The notes under the pieces: model-generated
Seen by the model: the letters and a program-made list of their open reading frames with translations, nothing else
Database searches by the model: none
Told to the model about the DNA's origin: nothing
Position numbers and translations under genes: made by a program
In this document: positions 34,328-41,634 of the stretch, piece after piece
Layout: each line of letters starts with the position of its first letter
Numbering within the stretch: position 1 is the first letter of the stretch
Assembly (NCBI GenBank): GCA_965261845.1
Contig: OZ253475.1
Span: 2,790,152 to 2,854,151, forward strand
From: Candidatus Foliamicus sp.
GTDB taxonomy: Bacteria; Pseudomonadota; Gammaproteobacteria; Steroidobacterales; Foliamicaceae
Length of the DNA: 64,000 nt
Direction: 5' to 3'

Positions 34328-34923
34328 GGACAGGCACCGCCGAGCGCGCTGGGGGCCGCGACGGCCGCTGTTCCGCCCGCGCCACGTTCGCCGCGATGGC
34401 GGCGCTGATCGGGCTGTGGTGGTTCGCCCTCTCGCACGTGTATGTCAACGCGAGCTGGTCTGACGAAGCCTGGGCCTACCTTAAGCTCCCGCTGGCCGGT
34501 GATCCCCGCTTGGGCGAGATGGTGCTGTTCGAGCCGCCCGGCGCCGTGGGTTCCCCGATTCCGTACCTGAAGACCGTGCGCGGCCTGCCGGGCGCCGTGG
34601 TCGCCTTAGACGCCAACGGCACGGTTAGCATCGACGGCGTTCGGGTAAGCCGGGCCAAGCCGCGCGGGCTCGACGGCAAGCCGCTTGCGCCGATCGCGCC
34701 CGGGCCGATACCGGCGGGCCAATACTACCTGCACGCGGAGCACACCGACAGTCACGACAGCCGCTACGCGGAGATCGGCTTCGTGCCCCGCTCGCGCATT
34801 CTCGGGCGCGCCGTGGCGCTGCCGGACATCCCCTGGCTAGGGCTCGACGGGCCGCTGGTCGGGCCCGAAGACATCCGCGGGGACGCGGCCGAGGCAGGCG
34901 ACCTCACGGAGGCGAGGCGATGA
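34324..34923 (+). CDS. S26-family signal peptidase (RP4 TraF-like pilin maturation peptidase)
   Basis: 199 aa. Contains ..HTDSHDSRYAEIGFVPRSRILGRA.., which is the S26/TraF C-terminal box, and an N-terminal TM. Confidence 0.65.
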   Translation: MRTGTAERAGGRDGRCSARATFAAMAALIGLWWFALSHVYVNASWSDEAWAYLKLPLAGDPRLGEMVLFEPPGAVGSPIPYLKTVRGLPGAVVALDANGTVSIDGVRVSRAKPRGLDGKPLAPIAPGPIPAGQYYLHAEHTDSHDSRYAEIGFVPRSRILGRAVALPDIPWLGLDGPLVGPEDIRGDAAEAGDLTEARR

Positions 34924-35729
34924 CGCGGCGTGCGTTCCGCATTGCGGCGTGGGCCGGCATGGCCGCGCTGGCGCTGGGCGCCCTGTCTGCCTCGGCGCGA
35001 GACTTGGGCGTTCGCGGCGCGACCTGGCCGGTGGCAGAACCCGACCTGCTGGCCGGGATCGAGGCGCGACTGATCGACATGGTGCGCTCCGGCGAGATGG
35101 CGCGCGTTCAGGACAAGGCCCGGGAACGCGCCCGGCGATCGCTGGAGGAACCGGAGCCGGTGCCCGGTATCGTCCCGGCGACCAGAAAACACACCCGCCG
35201 GTTCGATCCGGCCATCGTCGTGGCCGAGGACATCGTGGGCCCAAACGGCGAAGCCATCGCTACGGCGGGCACCCGGATCGACCCGTTCGACCACGTAATA
35301 CTGACGGCCGACGTGCTGTTCGTCGACGGGCGGCGCGAGGCCGAAATCGCCTGGGCGCTGGCCCGCGAGCGGCCCGCAAAGATCGTGCTGCTCGCCGGAC
35401 GGCCGCTCGATCTCATGCGCCGGCATGGGCGGGCATTCTACTTCGACATTGGCGGACGGCTCTCCGAGCGGTTCGCGATCCGCGCCACCCCCACGGTGCT
35501 CGCGCACCCCCCTGGCGGGGGGGCATCCCCTGGCGGGGGGCAATCCTCTGGCGGGGGGCGTGTCGGCGAAGGAGCCTACCTGCTCTTGACCGAGTTCCCG
35601 GTCGAAGACCCGTCACCGACGGTCCGGTCCCGGGGACACACGTCTCCGAGGGACCCTGCGCCAGCAGGCTGCGCCCCGGAAACGGAATCCACCCCCGAAA
35701 CCACCGACAGGAGAGAACCACTATGCTGA
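34920..35729 (+). CDS. traW: F-type T4SS protein TraW
   Basis: Signal peptide, then RDLGVRGATWPVAEPDLLAGIEARL.. and ..HGRAFYFDIGGRLSERFAIRATPTV fit TraW. The C-terminal tail is low-complexity with 18-bp repeats (35510-35563). Confidence 0.75.
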   Translation: MTRRAFRIAAWAGMAALALGALSASARDLGVRGATWPVAEPDLLAGIEARLIDMVRSGEMARVQDKARERARRSLEEPEPVPGIVPATRKHTRRFDPAIVVAEDIVGPNGEAIATAGTRIDPFDHVILTADVLFVDGRREAEIAWALARERPAKIVLLAGRPLDLMRRHGRAFYFDIGGRLSERFAIRATPTVLAHPPGGGASPGGGQSSGGGRVGEGAYLLLTEFPVEDPSPTVRSRGHTSPRDPAPAGCAPETESTPETTDRREPLC

Positions 35730-36184
35730 ACATGAACCGAGTCACGCTGCTTGGCCACGCCGGGCGCGACCCCGAGATCCGAACGCTGAACAACAGCAAC
35801 AAGGCCGCGTCATTCGCGCTCGCCACGACGGAGCGCTGGAAGGACCGCGCCGGCCGGACCGCCGAAACCGGCGCGGTCCGGGAGCGCACCGAATGGCACC
35901 GCGTCGTGGCCTACGGCCCGGCGGCGGACGCCGCGGAGAAGCTGTTACGCAAAGGCAGCGCCGTCCTGGTCGAAGGCCGGCTCGCCACGCGCGAGTACCG
36001 CGACCGCGACGGCAACCCGCGAACCGTCACCGAGATCGTCGTCGCCGGGCCGCAGGGCGTCATCAACGTGCTCTCCACTCCTCGCGGGGAGCAGGCCCCT
36101 GGCGGGGAGCAAGCCCCTGCCGGGGATCAATCCCCTATGGGGGACGAAACGCCCGCCAGGGCGGCGGCGGCGGATTGGATATGA
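35723..36184 (+). CDS. ssb: Single-stranded DNA-binding protein embedded in the tra operon
   Basis: MNRVTLLGHAGRDPEIRTL..TEWHRVVAYG..AEKLLRKGSAVLVEGRLATREYRDRDGN.RTVTEIVV is a classical OB-fold SSB. The tail has 4 x 18-bp repeats (36080-36151) and ends ADWI instead of DDDIPF. Confidence 0.85.
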   Translation: MLNMNRVTLLGHAGRDPEIRTLNNSNKAASFALATTERWKDRAGRTAETGAVRERTEWHRVVAYGPAADAAEKLLRKGSAVLVEGRLATREYRDRDGNPRTVTEIVVAGPQGVINVLSTPRGEQAPGGEQAPAGDQSPMGDETPARAAAADWI

Positions 36185-37185
36185 GGTGCCTGCCGTTCAG
36201 GGTCGCCACGGCCCTGGTCCTGGGAATTGTCCTGTGGTCGGCGCCCGCTGCGGCGCAGACCTGCTCGGGGCGCTTCGTCAACCCGATTACGGATGTGTGC
36301 TGGGAGTGCCTGTTCCCGATCTCGATCGGGCCGGTCTCCATCGGCGGCGCCTCGGGCGCTCCGGACACGGACAATCCGTCCTCGCCGATCTGCTTTTGCG
36401 GCTCGCCCATTCCCCGCATCGGGTTGTCGCTCGGCGTGTGGGAACCGGCAAGGCTGGTGGACGTCACCCGCACCCCCTGGTGCTTCCCCAATCTGGGCGG
36501 GCTTGACATCGATCCGGGCCTGCCCGCGCCGCGCGGGCGCACGGGTTCCTCGGGAGGCGACGGCGCGGGGGGCTCCGTGTGGCACGCCCACTACTACGTC
36601 TATCCGCTGTTGTCGTGGATCGGCGCGCTGCTCGACCTCGGCTGCCTGGAGGGCGGGAGCCTCGACATCGCCTGGGTCTCGGAGCTTGATCCGGCGTGGC
36701 TCGACGACGAGCTGTCGTTCCTCTTGAACCCCGAGGCGGCGCTGTTCGCCAATCTGCCGGCGCAAGCCGCCTGCGCGGCGGACTGCGCGGCGGCCTCGGC
36801 GGGTCTGCCGCTCGATCCGATGTTCTGGTGCGCCGGCTGCCAGGGCGGGATGTACCCGCTGACCGGCAACGTGGCCGCGCACGTCGGCGGAGTGCAGGCG
36901 TCGCTGCTCGCGGCCCAGCGGCTGGTCTACCGGCTGCACCGGGCGGGGCTGGCCTGGGGCACATCGGGGTCGGCGGCCCTGTGCGGGCGCTACCCGATGC
37001 CGATCATGCAAAAGAGCCAGTACCGCTGGCAGATGACGCAGCCCGTGCCGGCCACGACGCCGGCGACCGGCTGCAACCCCACGGGCCGCACCTCGGTGCT
37101 GTGGGAATCGCTACGCGAGCTGCCCGTATCGGGCGAGAGCTTCGGCTACCTGCTGTGGAGGAAACGGAATTGCTGCATCTTATAA
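36181..37185 (+). CDS. traU: F-type T4SS protein TraU
   Basis: Signal peptide, CSGRFVNPITDVCWECLFPISIG, and multiple conserved Cys ending ..RKRNCCIL. Confidence 0.9.
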   Translation: MRCLPFRVATALVLGIVLWSAPAAAQTCSGRFVNPITDVCWECLFPISIGPVSIGGASGAPDTDNPSSPICFCGSPIPRIGLSLGVWEPARLVDVTRTPWCFPNLGGLDIDPGLPAPRGRTGSSGGDGAGGSVWHAHYYVYPLLSWIGALLDLGCLEGGSLDIAWVSELDPAWLDDELSFLLNPEAALFANLPAQAACAADCAAASAGLPLDPMFWCAGCQGGMYPLTGNVAAHVGGVQASLLAAQRLVYRLHRAGLAWGTSGSAALCGRYPMPIMQKSQYRWQMTQPVPATTPATGCNPTGRTSVLWESLRELPVSGESFGYLLWRKRNCCIL

Positions 37186-38090
37186 GTAAGAGCCTCAATC
37201 AGCGCGCCGGAGCTTTCGCCCGATACGGGTTCGCGCGATACGGGTTCGCCCGATACGGGTGCTGCGCACGGCGGTCGGGTGGCCAGGGAATCGTCGCAGC
37301 GGTGGCGCTGGTCCTGTGCGTGGGGCCGGTGCTTGCCGGGGATCCGCCGGCTTCGGCGGAGGACTTGGCGCAGTCCACCGTCGAGGAGGCCGGCGCCCCT
37401 CGCAACGAAACCGCCGACGTTCGCGCATTGGCCGACGACGCGCTTGCCGAGGCCGATGAATCCCTCGGACACGCCGACCTGGAGGACTGGACCCGCTCGG
37501 TGATCGCCGACGCGCTTGAGCGTGTGGGTGCGGTCGCGGAGACGTCCGCGGGTGCCGGAGCGGAAAGAACCGCCGCAGCCGGCGACCCGCTTCCGGCCGA
37601 GCGCCACGCGGCGCAGGCCGCCGAGGGTCTGTGGGCCCGTCAGGGCAGGAACGGCTTGCCTGCCCGCCGGGGCACGGCCGAGGTGCTGGTGTTCCTGAGC
37701 CTCGCGGTGCCCGAGGAGAGCTGGGCGCAATGGGCTGCGGAGGCGGCCCGGGCCGGCGCGCCCCTGGTGCTGCGCGGCGTCTTGCCGGCGGGACTGCGAG
37801 CGACGGTGACCGAGGTCGGCCGGCGCCTCGGCGGACACGAGGCGGGGGTGGCCATCGATCCCCGGCTGTTCCGCCTGTTCGGTGTCGAGCGGGTCCCCGC
37901 GGTGGTCGCCGTGCCGGGCGGCGTCCCGGCCTGTGCAAGCCGCGGTTGCGCGGACGACACCCCACCGCCATTCGACTCGGTCGGCGGAAACATCGGCCTT
38001 GGGGCGGCGCTCGAAGCCATCGGCGCCGAGGGGGATGCAGCCCGTGAAACCGCCCGCCGGCATCTCAAACGCCTTGGGAGACGGCCATGA
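37170..38090 (+). CDS. trbC: F-type pilus assembly protein TrbC (start uncertain)
   Basis: LVFLSLAVPEESWAQWAAEAARAGAPLVLRG...IDPRLFRLFGVERVPAVV...GNIGLGAALEAI fits TrbC. The N-terminal region contains a 15-bp x3 repeat (RYGFA, 37218-37262). Confidence 0.7.
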   Translation: MLHLISKSLNQRAGAFARYGFARYGFARYGCCARRSGGQGIVAAVALVLCVGPVLAGDPPASAEDLAQSTVEEAGAPRNETADVRALADDALAEADESLGHADLEDWTRSVIADALERVGAVAETSAGAGAERTAAAGDPLPAERHAAQAAEGLWARQGRNGLPARRGTAEVLVFLSLAVPEESWAQWAAEAARAGAPLVLRGVLPAGLRATVTEVGRRLGGHEAGVAIDPRLFRLFGVERVPAVVAVPGGVPACASRGCADDTPPPFDSVGGNIGLGAALEAIGAEGDAARETARRHLKRLGRRP

Positions 38091-39229
38091 GAACCGGAGC
38101 AACACACGCCCGGTTCGGCCGGGTCGCGGCGGCCATCAGGGGCCCGGCGGGCCTCATGCGGCTGCTGGCCTGGGCCGTGATGGTGGGCGGGTACGGCCTG
38201 ATGCTCTGGGCGCTGTCCGGGTCGGCTTACGCCGACGACCCGAAGGACGCAGCGCGGCAGATCGGTCAGGCCGGTTCGGCCGCGGCCGGCGCCATCGCGC
38301 GCGACTCGGGGAACGCGCAATCGGTGCCCGGGTTCGCCGGAACGAACGTGCCCGAACGCAATCTAAACGAGGCCGGCATGGAGAACGCGGCGCGGCTGCG
38401 GCTGGCCGACCCGGACGATCCCGGCGGTTCGACCGGGCGCGCGGTGATCTACGGGGCCGCGGTGCGGCCGTCCGTGCCGGTTCCGGCGAACGATCCCGCG
38501 GTGGAGCGCGCGCGGGCCGTGCAGGCTGCGCCGACGGACGCCGCCCATCGCGCCGGCGGGCTCGCATCCGGCGGCTCGGCGGATTGCGACGCCGGCGTGA
38601 CCGACGCCGGGCGGGGCGGCGCCTGCGGCCGCATCTCGTCGTGCGTCGGCGCCGGCTGCGAGACGGTCGAGGCGCAGGGCAACACCGGTTTCGCCCGCTC
38701 CGTGGCGATGCTCAACATGGTGCTGGAGATGGGCGGCGATGAGTTCGACCGCAACGACCTGCGGGTGTTCGCCGGGGACCGCCGCGCCTGCGCCATCAAG
38801 TACGGCGGGCTCGCCAACTGCTGCAAGGACTCCGGGTTGCTGGTGGGCATTGCGAACTGCTCGGCTGAGGAGAAGGAACTCGCCGGGGAGCGCCATGCAG
38901 GCAACACCCACTATCTCGGGCGGCGCTGCGCGAAGCGCGTGTTGGGCGTGTGCGTGAAGCGCGAGCGGGAGTGGTGCGTGTTCGGCTCCAAGCTCGGCCG
39001 CATCCTGCACGAGCAGGCGCGCCCGCAGCTCGGCATCGGCTGGGGCCATTGCGAAGGATTCACCGTCGCTGAAATCGAACGCATCGACTTCGACCGGCTG
39101 GATCTGACCGAATTTACCGAGAACCTGGAGGACGGCGCCCACGAGCCCGCCCTCGCCCTGCCGGACAGGCACGGCACCCAAGCGGACATGGCCGACCGCG
39201 TGCGCGACTTTTACGGGAGGAACCCGTGA
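38087..39229 (+). CDS. traN: F-type mating-pair stabilisation protein TraN (short form)
   Basis: 380 aa with a signal/TM segment. Cys-rich C-terminal half (CGRISSCVGAGC, ANCCKDSG, CSAEEKEL, CVKREREWCVF) is typical of TraN. Confidence 0.8.
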   Translation: MRTGATHARFGRVAAAIRGPAGLMRLLAWAVMVGGYGLMLWALSGSAYADDPKDAARQIGQAGSAAAGAIARDSGNAQSVPGFAGTNVPERNLNEAGMENAARLRLADPDDPGGSTGRAVIYGAAVRPSVPVPANDPAVERARAVQAAPTDAAHRAGGLASGGSADCDAGVTDAGRGGACGRISSCVGAGCETVEAQGNTGFARSVAMLNMVLEMGGDEFDRNDLRVFAGDRRACAIKYGGLANCCKDSGLLVGIANCSAEEKELAGERHAGNTHYLGRRCAKRVLGVCVKREREWCVFGSKLGRILHEQARPQLGIGWGHCEGFTVAEIERIDFDRLDLTEFTENLEDGAHEPALALPDRHGTQADMADRVRDFYGRNP

Positions 39230-40050
39230 GGGCGCCGCGCCCGAACTCCGCGCACCTCCTGGCGGCAGTCTCGCTGGCGGCGCTCGCGGCCGTGGCGCCC
39301 GCGCAGGCCGAGGCGCAGGAATGGCGCGATTGGTGCGACAAGCCCGGCGCCGAGATGCGGCTCGGCTGGCACTTCTACTGCGACCGGGACGAAGACGACA
39401 TCGACGAGGCTCCCGACCGGATCGCCCTCGCGTTCCCGGCGCCGAGCGCGACGCAGCGGATCGAGGCGCTGCGTCGCGAACTGGACGAGTTCCGGGCGGC
39501 GGCGATCCTCGACCCCTCGCCGGTGAAGGTGGGCGCTTACCTGCGCCTGCAACAGGCGACGCTTGAGCGCGCCGCGGTGTTCTCCGACGCGTTCCGCCGC
39601 ACGGTCTGGGCGACCCCGGAATTGGATTACACGCTCACCCGCCCGGTGGGCGCGCTCGCCAAGCAGCTCTGGTCCGACGCGCGGCGCGAGGAGCGCGAAG
39701 CGGCGCTGCGCGGTTTGAGCGAGCGCTACGGGCTGATCTATCTCGGCCATGCGGCCTGCTCCGAGTGCCAGGTGTTCGGGCCGCTGCTGCGCGCGTTCGC
39801 GCTGCGCCACGGCCTCGACGTGCTGGCCGTGTCGATGACCGGCGAGGCACTGGAGGGCTGGCCGGAGGCCGTTCCCGACAATGGGCGCGCAGCCTGGCTC
39901 GGCCTCGACGGCGCGCCGACGCCGGCGGTCGTGCTGTACGACACCGAAACCCGTGAGGTGCTGCCGGTCGGGTTCGGGGTGCTCGCCGAGGACCAGCTCG
40001 CCGAGCGCATCTTCGTGCTCACCGCACGGGATACCGGCCATGACTACTAG
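39226..40050 (+). CDS. traF: F-type pilus assembly protein TraF/TrbB-like (thioredoxin fold)
   Basis: 274 aa with a signal peptide. Contains ..YGLIYLGHAACSECQVFGPLLRAF.. (a CxxC motif) and a TraF-like N-terminal half. Confidence 0.7.
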   Translation: MRAPRPNSAHLLAAVSLAALAAVAPAQAEAQEWRDWCDKPGAEMRLGWHFYCDRDEDDIDEAPDRIALAFPAPSATQRIEALRRELDEFRAAAILDPSPVKVGAYLRLQQATLERAAVFSDAFRRTVWATPELDYTLTRPVGALAKQLWSDARREEREAALRGLSERYGLIYLGHAACSECQVFGPLLRAFALRHGLDVLAVSMTGEALEGWPEAVPDNGRAAWLGLDGAPTPAVVLYDTETREVLPVGFGVLAEDQLAERIFVLTARDTGHDY

Positions 40051-41509
40051 GCCCTGGCGGGCGGCAGCCCTGCGGACGGCAGCCCTGCGGTCAGCAGCCT
40101 TGTTCGCCGCCGGGCGTGCCGCGCTACTCACCGCGGTTGTTGCTGTCGCGCTAGCGACCGCGCAAGCGGACGTGCTTTCGGAGATGGAGTCGTTCTGGCA
40201 GGGTGCGGCGGTCAACACCACGGGACCCACCGCATTCCAGGGCCAGGCTTCCGGCCACTGGACGCTCGGCAACCTCTATATGCGCGCACCGGTGCGCACC
40301 GAGCAGATCGCGACGCTGAGCCTGCCGAGCTTCCGGGCCGGCTGCGGCGGCATCGACGCCTTCGCCGGCGCGTTCTCGTTCATCGACTCCGACCAGTTGA
40401 TCGCGTTCGGCCGCGCGGTTGCGCAGAACGCCTCGGGGTTCGCGTTCGAGCTGGCGCTGGAAACCATCTCGCCGGTGATCGCCGAGACGATGTCCAAGCT
40501 CCGGGCTTTGTCGCAGTGGGTCAACAACCAGAACCTGAACTCCTGCGAGAGCGCCCAGGCGCTGGTCGGGGCGGTGTGGGCGAAGAACGACCGTGCGAGC
40601 GAGGCCATCTGCGCCGCGATCGGCACATCCCAGGGGATTTTCTCGGACTACGCGGCCGCGAAACACGGTTGCGGGGCGGGCGGCAAGCGCAACTCGACGC
40701 TCGCCTCGGCCACAGGACCGATGGCGGACCAGGTGCCGGTGAACGTCAACTACGCCTGGCGGGCCGTGCAGGCCTCGGCGTTTCTCTCCGCCGACACCGA
40801 TCTCGCCGAGTTCGCGATGTCGGTCTCGGGCACCGTGATCGTCACCGCGCCGACTGCCGACGGCGACGCCTCCGGTCCTCGGGTGCGCATCCTGCAGCCG
40901 CTCATCTTGGATCGCCGGGTCACCGAAGTGCTGATGGAAGGCGGCGGCAACCTGCCCGTCTACCGATGCGACACGGCGGCGGACTGCCTGAACCCCACGC
41001 TGGGCGAGGCCCCCGTCCCGGCGGACCGGGGGTTCAGGGCGCGGGTCGCGGACCTGCTGCGGCGTCTCGCGGAGGCGGTGCGAAACGACACCGCGCCACC
41101 GGCCGACGCCCTGGGGCTGGTCAATCTGACGACGATCCCGGTCTACCGGGTCATCAACGCGGCGGCCGCCTACCGCGGCGCGGTGATCGACAGCGAGATC
41201 GACGCGCTCGCCGAGGCCGTCGCGCTGGACCTGCTCCAGGTCTGGATCGCCGATCTGCACCGCGCGGTCGAGGAGCGCGCGGGTACGCTCGATATCGCCG
41301 ACGGCGAACAACTGATGCGCTGGCGCGAGGGGCTGCGGGCCAACCGCGCGGCGCTGGCCCAGCACCGCAATGAGGGCCTGGCCCGATTCAACACCGCACT
41401 GGCGGTCGTCGAAAAACTCCGGCTCATCGAGACCGAGCTCGCAGGCGCCCTGTCGGCGGATCTGCGCGCGGCGCTGGCGTTCGCCCGCGGCGGCGCAGGC
41501 GCCCGCTAG
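40040..41509 (+). CDS. traH: F-type T4SS protein TraH
   Basis: ~489 aa. MESFWQGAAVNTTGPTAFQGQASGHWTLGNLYMRAP...PSFRAGCGGIDAFAGAFSFI is the TraH signature. Confidence 0.85.
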   Translation: MTTRPWRAAALRTAALRSAALFAAGRAALLTAVVAVALATAQADVLSEMESFWQGAAVNTTGPTAFQGQASGHWTLGNLYMRAPVRTEQIATLSLPSFRAGCGGIDAFAGAFSFIDSDQLIAFGRAVAQNASGFAFELALETISPVIAETMSKLRALSQWVNNQNLNSCESAQALVGAVWAKNDRASEAICAAIGTSQGIFSDYAAAKHGCGAGGKRNSTLASATGPMADQVPVNVNYAWRAVQASAFLSADTDLAEFAMSVSGTVIVTAPTADGDASGPRVRILQPLILDRRVTEVLMEGGGNLPVYRCDTAADCLNPTLGEAPVPADRGFRARVADLLRRLAEAVRNDTAPPADALGLVNLTTIPVYRVINAAAAYRGAVIDSEIDALAEAVALDLLQVWIADLHRAVEERAGTLDIADGEQLMRWREGLRANRAALAQHRNEGLARFNTALAVVEKLRLIETELAGALSADLRAALAFARGGAGAR

Positions 41510-41520
41510 GTGCCTGGCGG

Positions 41521-41565
41521 CACGGCAGTGCTGCGCACGGTAGTGTTGCGCACGATAGTGCTGCG
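41521..41565. repeat. 15-bp x3 tandem repeat in the traH-traG intergenic gap
   Basis: CACGGCAGTGCTGCG / CACGGTAGTGTTGCG / CACGATAGTGCTGCG. Confidence 0.9.
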
Positions 41566-41634
41566 CAGGGCGGCCGGGGCACACGCCGGTACCGGCGCCG
41601 AGGATCCGGCGCGGGCCGTGGCGCGCTAGCGCCC

